From Malacoraja senta (taxonomy: Eukaryota): 64,000 nt of DNA. A program made the translations under genes and the position numbers. Numbering within the stretch: position 1 is the stretch's first letter; each line of letters opens with the position of its first letter. The notes beneath the pieces are model-generated. The model was not told where the DNA came from, did not search any database, and was given only the letters and a program-made list of their open reading frames with translations. The stretch is from assembly GCA_038087875.1 (NCBI GenBank), contig JAXLNO010000073.1, positions 372,001 to 436,000 on the forward strand, read 5' to 3'. Shown in pieces: positions 27,413-40,514 of this stretch.

Positions 27413-28005
27413 CTTGGTGGCATTATTCTCAGAATCTATTGAAAACCACAACGGAAAGAAAAATGTTCATGTGAATGTCCAAGTGATTAATAGCTGCCGG
27501 GCGCTCATCCGGTTCTCGCTTGTGGTCAACGTTGCCATAGAAATCTCGATGACGGTGTCAATGGGTGGTTTAGATTAGCCTAGGGGCTGAGAGAGGGTGG
27601 CAGTCCATTTGTAATGATTGCAGAATTGAAGATTTCATATCAATTACTTATCGGGAGATGAGAAAGTAAACGATGCCGCAGAGGAGGCAACTTATCCCAG
27701 TTTTGAAGCTGCTGCTGTTTCAAACTGCCCTCAAAGGAAGGTCTTTAGACTTTAGACTTTAGACATTAGGCTGCATGTAGGCTTCATGGACTAGACTTTA
27801 GACTTTCGAGATACAACGCGGAAACAGGCCCTTCGGCCCACAGGGTCCGCGCTGACCTGCTATCACCCCGTACACTGGCACATTCCTGCACACGAGGGGC
27901 AATTTACAGAAGCCAGCTGACCTACAGAACTGTACGTCTTCGGAATGTAAGCAAATATCTGCTATATATGTGCGTGTGTGTGTCTGTAAGGCAGCAATAT
28001 TTAAT

Positions 28006-28779
<774 letters not shown>

Positions 28780-29344
28780 CTAACAAAGATTAGAGCATAG
28801 CTCTACGATGGAATAGGCATACCTTAATGGAGATGTGCAGGATTAGTTTCGTTACACAGACAGTGGGTAATACCTGGAACACGATGCCAGGGATGGTGTC
28901 CCACAGCGCAGGAACAGGCCCTTCGGCCCACCGCGTCCGCGCCGATCACCAATTCCCGTTAGACTAACAGTATCCTACACACACTAGGGACAATATATGT
29001 TTTAAACCTAATTAACCTACAAATCTGTAAGTCTCTGGAGTGTGGAAGGAAACCGGAGCACTCGGGGAAATCCCACGCGGTCATGGGGGAGTACGTACAA
29101 ACTCCGTACAGACAGCGCCCGCAGTCAGGATCGAATCTGGGTCTCTGGCGCTGCAAACCAACAACTTTATCGTTGCGCCACCGTGCTGCCTGATCCATAT
29201 CCTTTCATTCCCTGCATATTTGTGTGGCTATCGAAAAGCCTCTTAAACGCCACTAACCCATCTGCCTCCAGGCACCCACCACGCTCTGCGTTAAAGATAA
29301 AAACTATCGCTACACATGTCCCTCAAGCTTTCCCCTTCTCACAT

Positions 29345-30360
29345 AGATACATAGATACATAGAAAATAGGTGCAGGAGTAGACCATTCGGCCCTTCGAGC
29401 CTGCACCGCCATTCAATATGATCATGGCTGATCATCCAACTCAGTATCCCGTACCTGCCTTCTCTCCATACCCCCTGATCCCTTTAGCCACAAGGGCCAC
29501 ATCTAACTCCCTCTTAAATAAAGCCCATGAACTGACCTCAACTACCCTCTGTGACAGAGAGTTCCAGAGATTCACCACTCTCTGTGTGAAAAGCTATGCT
29601 AGTTAGTCTTTTGTCATTTCAATTCTTGGAACAAAAATGTTAAATAGAAACATAGAAACATAGAACTTAGGTGCAGGAGGAGGCCCTTCGGCCCTTCGAG
29701 CCAGCACCGTCATTCATTGTGCTCACGGCCCAATGAATAACCCGTGCCTGCCTTCTCCCCATATCCCTTGATACCACTAGCCCCTAGAGCTCTATCTAAC
29801 TCTCTCTTAAATCCATCCAGTGATTTGGCCTCCACTGCCCTCTGTGGCAGGGAATTCCACAAATTCACAACTCTCTGGGTGAAAAAGGTTTTTCTCACCA
29901 CAATCTGGCTTCCCCTTTATTCTAAGTGTGGCCCCTCGTTCTGGACTCGCCCAACATTGGGAACATGTTTCCTGCATCTAGCTTGTCCAGTCCTTTTAGA
30001 ACTTTATATGTTTCTATAAGATCCCCCTCATCCTTCTAAACTCCAGTGAATACAAGCTTAGTCTTTTCGATCTTTCCTCATATGACAGTCCCGCCATCGC
30101 AGAGATCAATCTCGTGAACCTACGCTGCACTGCCTCAATCACAAGGATGTCCTTCCTCAAATTACGAGAACAAAACTGTATACAATACTCCAGATGTGGT
30201 CTCACCAGAGCCCTATACAACTGCAGAAGAATCTCTTTACTCCTATACTGAAATCCTCTTGTTATGAAGGCCAACATTCCATTGCCTTTCTTCACTGCCT
30301 GCTGTACCTGCACGCCAACTTTTAGTGACTGGTGTACAAGGACACCCAGGTCTCGCTGCA
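29345..30360 (-). mobile_element. Two CR1 3' fragments in tandem
   Basis: Two separate TTTCTATG-type tails (about 29345 and 29645). ORF 30014-30361 encodes the CR1 ORF2 C-terminus. Confidence 0.88.
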
Positions 30361-30544
30361 CCCCCCCCCCCCCCTGATTGCCTGCCGTATATATTGGGGG
30401 TTCAGAGGGAAAGATAGATCAGCCACGGTTGAATGGCAGGGTAGACTTGATGGGCTGAATAACCTATTTTTTGTTTTAGTTTAAATATATATTTACACCT
30501 ACACCAAGCCATTAACCTACAACCCTGTACGTCTTTGGAATTTT

Positions 30545-30868
30545 AGTTTTGATCAGTTTAGAGATACAGCGCGGAAACTGGCCGTTTCTGCCCAGTGGGC
30601 CCGCGCCGACCAGCGATCCCCGCATATTAACACTATCCTATACCCACGCGACAATTTTTACATTTAACAAGCCAATTTACCAAGCCAATTACTACATACC
30701 TGTACGTCTTTGGAGTGTGTGAGGAAACCGAGGAACTCGGAGAAAACCCACGCAGGTCACGGGGAGAACGTACAAGCTCCGTACAGACAGCACAAGTGGT
30801 CAGAATGGAACCGTGGTCACCTGGCGCAGTGAGGCAGGCACTCTACCGCTACGCCACCGTGCCGCCCT
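30545..30868 (-). mobile_element. HE1-like V-SINE
   Basis: Complete head GGCGGCACGGTGGCGTAGCGGTAGAG on the minus strand, with core and tail. Confidence 0.85.
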
Positions 30869-31104
30869 TATTCTGCTCCTATAACTAGCTTAGTTTTCCG
30901 CCGGGGTGGGGGTGGGGGTGGGGGTGGGAGAGGGGGAGATTGCAAGCACATACTATAAACACTACAAATGCAGGTGCCCCAAGCGGATAGACACTCGGCC
31001 TTCTAACGTTTACTGGACAGAACCCCAAGATATATAACCGTACAGCTGGTGGAAAATATTTTTAATTGGCAATGCGATGTAATCTACATTGGACAATAAA
31101 TAAA

Positions 31105-31980
31105 GCGGCGGCACGATGGCGCAGCGGTAGAGTTGCTGTATTATAGCGCCAGCGACCCGGGTTCAATCCTGACTACGCGTGATGTCTGTATGCAGTTTGC
31201 AGCTTGTCCCCATGACCAATGTGAGTTTGCTCCGGATGCTCCGGTTTCGTCACACACTACAAAGATGTACAGGTTTGTAGGTTAATTGGCTTGGTAAATT
31301 GTCCCTCGTGTATGTTGGTTAGCGCTAGTGTACCGGGTGATCGCTGGTCGGCGCGAACTCAGTGGGCCGAAGGGCCTGTTACCGCGCTGCATCTATGAGC
31401 CGTATCTCTAAACTAAAATAAACTAAATATGGCACACGCACACTATTGGTAAACCAGTAATACGGATTATAATTTTAAACGGACTAATGGGGATGGTGGC
31501 GCGGCCGTAGAGCTGCTGCCTTATAGCGCCAGAGACCCGGGTTCAATCCTGACTACGGGTGCTGTCTGTATGGAGTTTGTATGTTCTTCCCGTGACTCAC
31601 GTGGGTTTTCTCCGAGATCTTCGGTTTCCTCCCACACTCCAAACATGTACAGATTTGTAGGTTAATTGGTTTGGTATAAATGTAAATGTTCCCTCGTCTG
31701 TAGGATAGGTTTAGTGTGCGGGAATCTCTGGTCGGCGCGGACTCAGTGGGCCGAAGGGACTGTTTCCGCGCTGTGTCTCTGGACTAAACTAAAAATGGCA
31801 TAAGGGTCAACTAGGAATACGGATCATCATTTAAAACTAGGTAATAAGAACCGAGGCACCGTGGTAGATTTGCTGCCTGGCTGCACCAGAGACCCGGGTT
31901 CGATCCTGACTACCGTGTCTGTCTGTACGGAGTTGGCACGTTCTTCCCGTGACCGCGTGGGTTTTCACCGGGTGCTCCGG
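31105..31980 (+). mobile_element. Head-to-tail array of three HE1-like SINEs
   Basis: Heads at about 31105, 31490 and 31855; the third copy is truncated. Confidence 0.85.
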
Positions 31981-32585
31981 CAAGGAAATATTAGATGCTG
32001 TTCCTCCAATATGCGCTGTGCCTCACTGACAGCGGACGATGGGAGTAATGTGGTAATGGTAAAGTGTTTTACCAATTTAACTCACCCTCCCATTCCCACA
32101 TTGATCGTTCTCTGCTGGGCCTCCTCCACTGTCAGATGCCAAGAGTAAATTGGAGCAGCAGCTCCACATATTTCTCATGGGCAGCTTACACCCCAGCGGT
32201 ATGAATATTGACTTCTCGAACTTCAAGTGGGGTCAAGGAAAGAGTGTTCACGTCGCGGCCCTGTTTCCACCAATCTTTCCACCACCACGCACAAGAAGCA
32301 CAAGACGCGCAAGACCGACACCATTGTCTGCAGATGCCGAGAAGTGTGTTCAGCTCTGGCGGAACAATTTCTAATCTTATGTGTGGACTCGATAAGAAGA
32401 ATACTTCAAGTAACCCTTACTTTCCCTCTCTTTCCATCCCTCCCCATCCTAGTTCCCCGAACAGAATGACACCTTTCCTAAAGTTTCATCTTTGTACGCT
32501 TCGTTGTCATCTTCCCCTGGCTAACAATGATCTATTCTACATTTTCCTTGAACCTCGTCCCCTTTGATGTGTCGTTTTCACACTT

Positions 32586-32890
32586 TCTTCTTCTGTCGTG
32601 TGCCTTTTAGACATGCAGCTCGGTTGAGGCGAGCCAGGCCAACGTGTCATCGTCCAGGTCAATCAGACCTCGTTCACCATTCGGTGGCCGGTGTTTGGGG
32701 CAACTGGTGACTATGTGCTCCACTGTCTGTGTTGGGTCTCCACACTCGCAGGAGGCGCTGTCCACGAGGCCCCACCTCTCCATCGCAACTCCATATGCCT
32801 GTCCTCAAGCGGTTGAGGGTTGTCCACTGCTTTCGGGGCAGGTCCTGGTCTGGGACGTCCATGGGGTCATCGATGTAATGGTGTAGCCTA
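32586..32890 (-). mobile_element. RTE-clade LINE 3' end inserted in a Penelope fragment
   Basis: DLPRKQWTTLNRLRTG, then in another frame CECGDPTQTVEHIVTSCP...TLAWL, and a (GAA)n tail. Possible target duplication TTTTCACAC (32575-32583) / TTTTCATAC (32954-32962). Confidence 0.75.
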
Positions 32891-33234
32891 GATGGTTCCG
32901 CTGACTTCCACTGGTCTCTCCATCTCGTCTTGACCCAGGCAGCCTTAGAATACTTTTCATACCTGACCCTTCTTTATCTCCGCGTCTCCCTCTCCCCTGA
33001 CTCTCAGTCTGAGGAAGGCTCTCGGCCTGAAACGTCACCCATTCCTTCTACCCAGAGATGCCAACTGATCCGTAATGTTACTCCAGCATTGTGTGTCCAT
33101 CTTTAATGCTAACCAACAACTGCAGTTCGTTCCTACACATTAAGGACATAAAATTGTGATTGCAAATTTCATGTCCCTGCAACTACAATGTACTCTCGGT
33201 TTGGTGTGGGTTAGATTGGTAACAAAAACATTGG

Positions 33235-33950
33235 TCCGCCTGAACCTACCTGATCTCTCGGTTGCTAAACATTTTAATTCCCCTTCCCATTCCCACACTG
33301 ACCTTTCTGTTCTTTGTCTCCTCAGTTGTCAGAGTGAGGCTAAACGCAAATTGGAGGAACAGCATCTCATATTTTGCTTGAGCAACGTACACATTATTAG
33401 TAACATTTTGATTTCTCTAACTTCAAGTAGCCCCATGCGTTCCCTGTCTTTCTCTTTATCCCTCCTCCACCCAAGTCGCACTAGATTCTCGTTTTCACCC
33501 AACAATCAGCTAACGAAGGGCGGAAAGGCCTCCTCCTGCATCTATTTTCTATGTCTATGAGAGAGTTAGATAGAGCTCTAGGGGCTCTAGGGGAATCAAG
33601 TGATATGGGGAGAAGGCAGGCACGGGTTATTGATAGGGGACGATCAGCCATGATCGCAATGAATGGTGGTGCTGGCTCGAAGGGCCGAATGGCCTCCTCC
33701 TGCACCTATTTTCTATGTCTATGCCTATGTCTAACAATGGCCTGTTTTGCATATATTTCATTCATTGTTCTTTATCTCTCTACATCATCGTCTATATCTC
33801 TGGTTTCCCTTATCCCTAACCAGTCTGAAGGGTCTCGACCCAAAACATCACCCATTCCTTCTCTCCAAAGATGCCGCCTGTCTCGCTGAGTTACTCCAGC
33901 TTTTTGTGTCTATCTTCGGTTGAAGCCAGCATCTGCAGTTCCTTCCTGCA
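33235..33950 (+). mobile_element. Penelope-like 3' fragment with nested CR1 tail
   Basis: VAKHFNSPSHSHTDLSVL...KRKLEEQHLIF followed by the PLE terminal unit; CR1 tail at about 33555-33720. Confidence 0.75.
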
Positions 33951-34006
33951 CGAAAACATTGGTAACATCGGTAACTCTTTCCCCTTCTCTTCCGGTCTCG
34001 CTACAG

Positions 34007-34321
34007 TAAACCAGGCTTCCGCCGGAGTGAGAGGAGATCGCGTGAATGGGATACTGGGTGAATCGGTTTTATTGCGCATTGACGAAGCTTCGACAGCATC
34101 CATCCAAATAATCACCTGGGAAAAGGGGGATCGTGCATTTCTGACCTGCGATAACAATGGGTGTAAGGTGTACTCCTGGCAGAAAGAGCGGGTGCAGTGT
34201 TTCCCCGATTGCTCCTTGAAACTCTCTGGACTGCTGGGCAGCGACGGTGGGATGTATCGAGCCAGCGTCATTTCCGTTTCCGGCCAGATCCAAACCCAAG
34301 TCACCTACCTCAAAGTCCTTG
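34007..34321 (+). CDS. Ig-superfamily membrane protein (CD2/SLAM/CEACAM/HEPACAM type), V-like domain exon
   Basis: Polypyrimidine tract plus CTACAG| acceptor; phase 1 at both ends; VNGILGESVLL...ITWEKG...SLKLSGLLGSDGGMYRASV...YLKVL; donor G|GTGAGT. No canonical B/F-strand cysteines, typical of CD2/CEA-family N-domains. Confidence 0.88.
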
Positions 34322-35911
34322 GTGAGTGACGTTGCTTCCTACGGGTTAACCAAGTGTGACAATGCAACCGTGGTTGCCTGTTACCATATTCCTTGATTAA
34401 AGTACGATGAGCGTTTGAAGGCTCTGGGCCTGTACTCGCTGACGTTCAGATGGATGACGGGACACCCCTCATGTTCTCTGGAGAACATGGATAATGACGG
34501 TCACAAAGTGCTGGGGTAACTCAGTGGGTCAGGCAGCATCTCTGGAGAGCATGGATAGATGACGTTTCACGGACTGCTGGAGTAACTCAGTGGGCCAGAC
34601 AGCATCTGTGGAGAATATGGCTAGATAACGTTTTGGGTTGGGACCTTTCTTCGGAGAACTTATTCAAAGTAGGCATACCTTGAGGACATTTCACAGTGGA
34701 GCAATTCAATGGATATTTTTAAGGCAGAGGTAGATAGATTCTTGATTTGTATGGGTGCCAGGGGTAGTGGGGAGAAGACAGTTCTGGGGTTAGGAGGGAG
34801 AGATAGATCAGCCATGATTGAATGGCGGAATAGACTTGATGGGCCGAATGGCCTAATTCTGCTCCTATCACTTATGACATGACCTTCAGAGGTAATTGAA
34901 ACTTACTGAATAGTGAAAAGCCCGATAGAGTGGATGTGGAGAGGATGTTTCCAAAAATGGGAGAGTCTTGGACCAGAGGTCACAGCCTCAGAATTAAAGG
35001 ACGTACCTTGAGAAATGAGATGAGGAGGAATTTCTTTGGTCAGAAGGCGGTGAATCTGTGGAATTCATTCCCACAGAAGGCTGTGGAGGCCACAAGTCAG
35101 TGTATATTTTTAAGATGGAGATTGACAGATTCTGGATTAGTACGGGTGTCAGGTATTATCGGGAGAACGCGGGAGAATGGGGTTGAAAGGGAAAGATAGA
35201 TCAGCCATGATTGAATAGCTAGGAGGACTTGATGGGCCGAATGGCCTAATTCTGCTAAGAGTACCTATGAACTTATGAACCTATACGTGTATTTATCATC
35301 GTCATGTTACATATTATGTACTCGGCACGTAACAGCCCTTGTTTTAAATCTCAGCTACATTTTGAAGAAGGGCTCCTTCATTCATCACTTTGAAGAAGGG
35401 CTCCGAATCGAAACGTCGTCTACTCATTCCTACAGATGCTGCTTGACGCGCTGTCAGTCCGGACCCTAGCGTTATGCTCAAGATTCTTGCATCAACAGCT
35501 CCTGCGCCTTCATAGAAATCAAGTTGTTTTTAACAATGTTATGATTTCATGAAATCATGGCAGGGAGAGGAGTCAAGTGTGTTTTATTGTCATATGTCCC
35601 AGATAGAACAATAACATTCTTACTGGCAGCAAACGGCTATCTAATTGGAACCTAAAGGGAAAGAAGGGTGGTGGGTGTATGGAACAAGCTGCCAGATGAG
35701 GTAGTTGAGGCGGGGACTATTCCGACATTTAAGAAACAGTTAGACCGGTTTGGAGGGATATGGACCAAACGCCGACAGGTGGGACTAGCGTAGATGGGGG
35801 CATGATGGCCTGTGTGGGCGAGTTAGGCAGAAGGGCCTATTTGCACACTGTATTACTCTATAACTCTGAGGATCAGGTCAGTCGATGAGTAAAGATGAAT
35901 TTTGTGTGCAG

Positions 35912-36181
35912 TTCCAGTTTCACTTCCGACCATCGCGGTCCGCCGGGATAACTCGACGGTCCACAACATTCTGACGTTAACGTGCAGCGTAACGGAAGGA
36001 AGCTCGCCTCAGTATTTCTGGGAAAAGGGTGACCAACCGTTAACAGACAGCCCCAGTTATACCTTAATGAACGGCAATAGCACCATAACAATACAGCCAT
36101 TCACCGCTGCTGACTGTGCGTCCTACACTTGTACTGTTCGCAACAGCATCAGCAAACACAAATTTCAGCGGACGTTGGTTG
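35912..36181 (+). CDS. Same Ig-superfamily gene, C2-type domain exon
   Basis: TGTGCAG| acceptor; VPVSLPTI...LTLTCSVTEGSSPQYFWEKG...NSTITI...DCASYTCTVRNSIS; donor G|GTGAGT; in phase with the previous exon. Confidence 0.9.
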
Positions 36182-39100
36182 GTGAGTATGATCGACGCCA
36201 GTAGAACACATGTAGGAAGGAACTGCAGACGCTGCTTTCAACCGAAGGTTAACACAAAAAGCTGGTGTAACTCAGCGGGACAGGCAACATCTCTGGTGAC
36301 GTTTCGGGTCGAGAACGTTCTTCAGTGTCAAAGTCAGAGCAAATGGACACGCGGTGGTGTAGAGAGATATAGAACAAATGAAAGAAAGATATGCAAAGAA
36401 GTAACAAAGACGAAGGAAACATGGCATTGTTAGGTGTTTCCTTTATCATCGTTACTTATTTGTATATCTTTCATACATGTATTCTATCTCTCTCTACATC
36501 ATCGTCTATATCTCTCGTATCCCTTTCCCGTGAGTCTGAAGAAAGGTCTCGACCCGAAACGTCAGCCCTTCCTTCTCTCCAGAGATGCTGCCTGTCCCGA
36601 TGAGTTACTCCAGCTTTTTGTGTACAACTAGCCAGTGTTATATTGCTGCTGTATTATTACGGTCAATAGACAATAGACAATAGGTGCAGGTGTAGGCCAT
36701 TCGGCCCTTCGAGCCAGCACCGCCTTGCAACAAATCTGCCTGGTTTGGCAGGCCTGGATAGAGTGGATGTGGAGGAGATGTTTCTACTAGTGGGAGATTC
36801 TAAGATCATGGCTCGTTGCCTCAGAATTAGAAAGATAGAAACATAGACAATGGGTGCAGGAGTAGGCCATTCGGTCATTCGGGCCAGCACCGCCATTCAA
36901 TGTGTCATGGCTGATCATCCACAATCAGTACCCCGTTCCTGCTGTTTCCCCATATCTCCATAATTATACGACGTTCCTTTAGGAAGGAGATGAGGAGGAA
37001 TCTCTTTAGTCAGAGGGTGGTGAATCTGTGGAATTATTTGCCACAGAAGGCGGTGGAGGCCAAGTCAAAATATATATTTTTAGGCAGATATTGATTCTCT
37101 CCACACTCCAAAGACGTGCCGGTTTGTGGGTTAATTGGTTTGGTATAAGTTTAAATTGTCTCTAGTGTGTGTAGGGTGGTGTTAATGTATGGGGATCGCT
37201 GGTCGATACAGACTCGGTGGGCCGAAGGACATGTTTCCGCAATTTATCTCTAAACTAAACTAAACAAAATCACGTACAATTTTCGCCGTGCTTCTTTACT
37301 TTTATCCGTGAACTCTGATGAGTTGGTTAGCGTTTGTCATGTTCGCCAGAACTGCAAATTAATAAAGGCCATCGTTTTTTTATTTGTGGTAACCCTTCAT
37401 CAGCACAAAGGCGGTCAAAACTGAATTACTTCTCATTGCTCCCGACTCTCCTGTCGATTCCAATAGCGAGAGAGAATACACCATCTGGATTGGTGATAGG
37501 TAACATAAGTGATAACGACACACAGGCGAAAGTACTTGAAGATAATTCTTGATTAGTACGGGTGTCAGAGGTTATGGGGAGAAGGCATGATAATGGGGTT
37601 GGAGCGGGAGATAGATCAGCCATGATTGAATGGTGGAGGGTACTTGATGGGCCAAATGGCCTAATTCTACACCTATTTCTTATGATCTTATGTGTCCAAC
37701 CCGTGTCACTCCCAGTGGGTTTACTCCGGGTGCTCATAGAAGCCTGAAGGTCCAAGACCTTCAGGCTTCTAGATTAATTGGCTGCGGTGAAATTGTAAAG
37801 TGTCCCTAGAGTGTAGAATAGGGGTAATGTACGGAGAGATCGCTGGTCGGCGCGGTCTCGGTGGGCAGAAGGGCCCGTTTCTGCGCTGTGTCTCAAAAGT
37901 CCAAATTATAAAGTCGAATAATGAACACCTAAAGACGACGCCGACTATGCCGGCCTCAAGCGACCAGCAGAGGCATCAGCAGGCACAGTGACAAAAAGTG
38001 TGTGTTTATCTGATGACTCTATTGCTACTTCACAGCGCCCTATAAAGATACACCATGGACACTGTGCATTCGGCCCACCGAGTCTGTGCTGGCTACCATC
38101 CACATCTTTATTAATGTCATACGGTCAATTGATAGGAGCTGAATTAGGCCATTCGGCCCACAAGGTCTACTCCGCCATTCAATCATGGCTGATCTATCTC
38201 TCCCTCCCAAACCCATTCTCCTGCCTTCTCCCCATAATCCCGACACCCGCACTAATCAACAATCTACCTATCACTGCCCTAAAAATATCCACTGACTTGG
38301 CCTCCACAGTCTTCAATGGCAAATAATTCCACAGCTTCAACGAAGGCGGCACGGTGGCGCAGCGGTAGTGTTGCGGCTTTACAGCGCTTGGAGCGCCAGA
38401 GACCCGGTTCCCGTACCCGCTTGGGGTAAATTACAGTGGCCACTTAACCGACGCACAAGCTGAAATCGAGACTTCAGGATTCGAACCGGAGTCGCTGCAG
38501 CTGTAAGTCAACATTATTAGCAGCGGCGCCATCTGCCGGCCGTTTATCCGAATCAGGAATTAATCGCCTTCAAAATCCATTATGAAAAGTGTGACTGAGA
38601 CAATATTGGATTGAAGCCTACTTTTAATATCGGTACCAATATTTTAATTCCCTATTTTTGTAATTAAATTAATAAATTAAGTAATGAATTTAGTTTAGAG
38701 ATACATAGAAACATAGAAACATAGAAAATTGGTGCAGGAGTAGGCTATTCGGCCCTTCGAGCCTGCACCGCCATTCAATATGATCATGACTGATCGTCCA
38801 ACTCAGTATCCTGTACCTGCCTTCTCTCCTTACCCCCTGATACCTTTAGCCACAAGGGCCACATCTAACTCCCTCTTAAATATAGCCAATGAACTGGCCT
38901 CAACTACCTTGTGTGGCAGAGAATTCCAGAGATTCACCGGAGATACAGCGCGGAAAGGCCCACTGACCTGCCATCCCCGCACATTAACACTGTCCTACAC
39001 ACACTGGGCACAAGTTTACATTAATACCAAGTCTTTAGAGAGTGGGAGGAAACAGAAGATCCCGGACTAAACACACGCAGGTCACGCGGGTAACCCACGC

Positions 39101-39730
39101 GTTAGAGTTGCTGCCTGACAGCGACAGAGACCTTGGTTCGATCCTGACCACGGGGGCTGCCTGTACGGAGTTTGTACGTTCTCCCCGTGACCTGCGTGGG
39201 TTTCCCCCGGGTACAGGATTGTGGGTTATTTTGGCATTTGGTAAAACAAATGTAAGTTGTGTAAAAGTCAATCACCAGTGTGCGCTAGTGTGCGGGTATC
39301 ACTGTGCGCTGGTGGGCCGAAAGGCCTGTTTCCGCAGTGTACCTCTAAAGTCAACTAAACGGAACTAAATTGATATGCAGGTAATTAATATATGGAATTA
39401 ATATGTTCAAGCAATCAGAAAAAAAAGTTATATTTAAACCTACCTTTAATTCCTCTACAAACTTTTAAATCTTCATATTTGTAATTTAACAATAAATTAA
39501 TGCGCAGGTAATGGGTATGGGGGATGATTATGTTCAAATAATAAGAGAAAACTCCAAAGACGTACAGGTTCGGAGGTTAATTGACTTGGTATCCTCCTAG
39601 TGTAGGATAATGTTAGTGTGCAGGGTCGGCGCGGACTCGGTGGGCCGAAGGGCCTGTTTCCGAGCTGTATCTCTAAACTAAACTAAACTCAAGCACATCA
39701 TTGTCAACATTTCATTTCTTCATGTTGCAG

Positions 39731-39853
39731 GCGATGATAGTTCGGAATGTGCGACATCAGGTTACCTGTTCCCTGTAATCGCTCTGGCTACATGTTTGGC
39801 GGCGTTCAGTGTTTTCCTTATTCTCGTCAAAAGGCGGGTGGCGTGTTGTAAAG
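39731..39853 (+). CDS. Same Ig-superfamily gene, stalk and transmembrane exon
   Basis: TTTCTTCATGTTGCAG| acceptor; GDDSSECATSGYLFPVIALATCLAAFSVFLILVKRRVACCK; donor G|GTAAA; hydrophobic span followed by KRR. Not in the ORF track. Confidence 0.85.
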
Positions 39854-39956
39854 GTAAACACAACCGCCGCACAACATTACTGAAAGTGCATTACCTGTCA
39901 CGATATAATCCGCGTTGAAATTAATACTTGGTTTCCTCATCTTCTCCTTCTCCAAG

Positions 39957-40015
39957 GTGGACCCGAGGATTCAGGTCTCGCCCATTCCAGGGGAAGGGGA
40001 ATTTTCGGCGCGTAA
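39957..40015 (+). CDS. Same Ig-superfamily gene, putative cytoplasmic exon
   Basis: Strong pyrimidine tract CTTCTCCTTCTCCAAG|; phase 1 gives GGPEDSGLAHSRGRGIFGA then TAA (40013-40015). It could instead splice out at GT 40012. Confidence 0.6.
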
Positions 40016-40440
40016 AGGGCCTGTCCCACGGGCATGCGACTCGATGCGGCAAGCGCGACCTAACCGCAAGCGGGGGCCGCGGGAGGTCGAGTGATCCCCG
40101 TACAGGGCCGGTCCCACCAGCATGCGGCTGAATGCGGCAAGCGCTACCAAATCGGAAGCGGGGGCCGCGTGGAGGTCGAGTGACGTCAAGACGCCGTCGA
40201 TGCGGTGCGCACGGCCTCGATGCGGCTGCGGGGCGGCAGGCCGTTCCCGCACGGAATTTTTGAACAGTGTCAGTTTTTCGGAGCCCCACGCGATGACGGG
40301 ACCAGCTCCGCACACCTCCATACGGCTCCGGCGATCGAAGTGGGACCGGCCCCGCGACCACCGCGCGGCCCCCGCACGTCTCCCGCTTCCGGTTAGGTCG
40401 CGCTTGCCGCATGGAGTCACATGCCCGTGGGACAGGCCCT
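40016..40440. mobile_element. PIF/Harbinger-type MITE
   Basis: Long imperfect TIRs AGGGCCTGTCCCACGGGCATG...CATGCCCGTGGGACAGGCCCT flanked by 3-bp TAA direct repeats (40013-40015 and 40441-40443). Confidence 0.88.
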
Positions 40441-40514
40441 TAAGATGAAGCGCTGTGTACGAGGCGCACGCTGTAGTTCCAAAGCACACTCGTTTCACAC
40501 CTGCCATCTGGAGA

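Noticed and set aside
32334..32391. Possible leader exon for the Ig gene (MPRSVFSSGGTISNLMCGL, 58 nt, phase 1)
   Set aside because: Not hydrophobic and followed by ATAAGA rather than GT; the leader exon remains unlocated.
38465..38535. tRNA-like sequence with a GGTTCGAATCC B-box on the minus strand
   Set aside because: No convincing cloverleaf; resembles the tRNA-derived SINE heads that fill the window.
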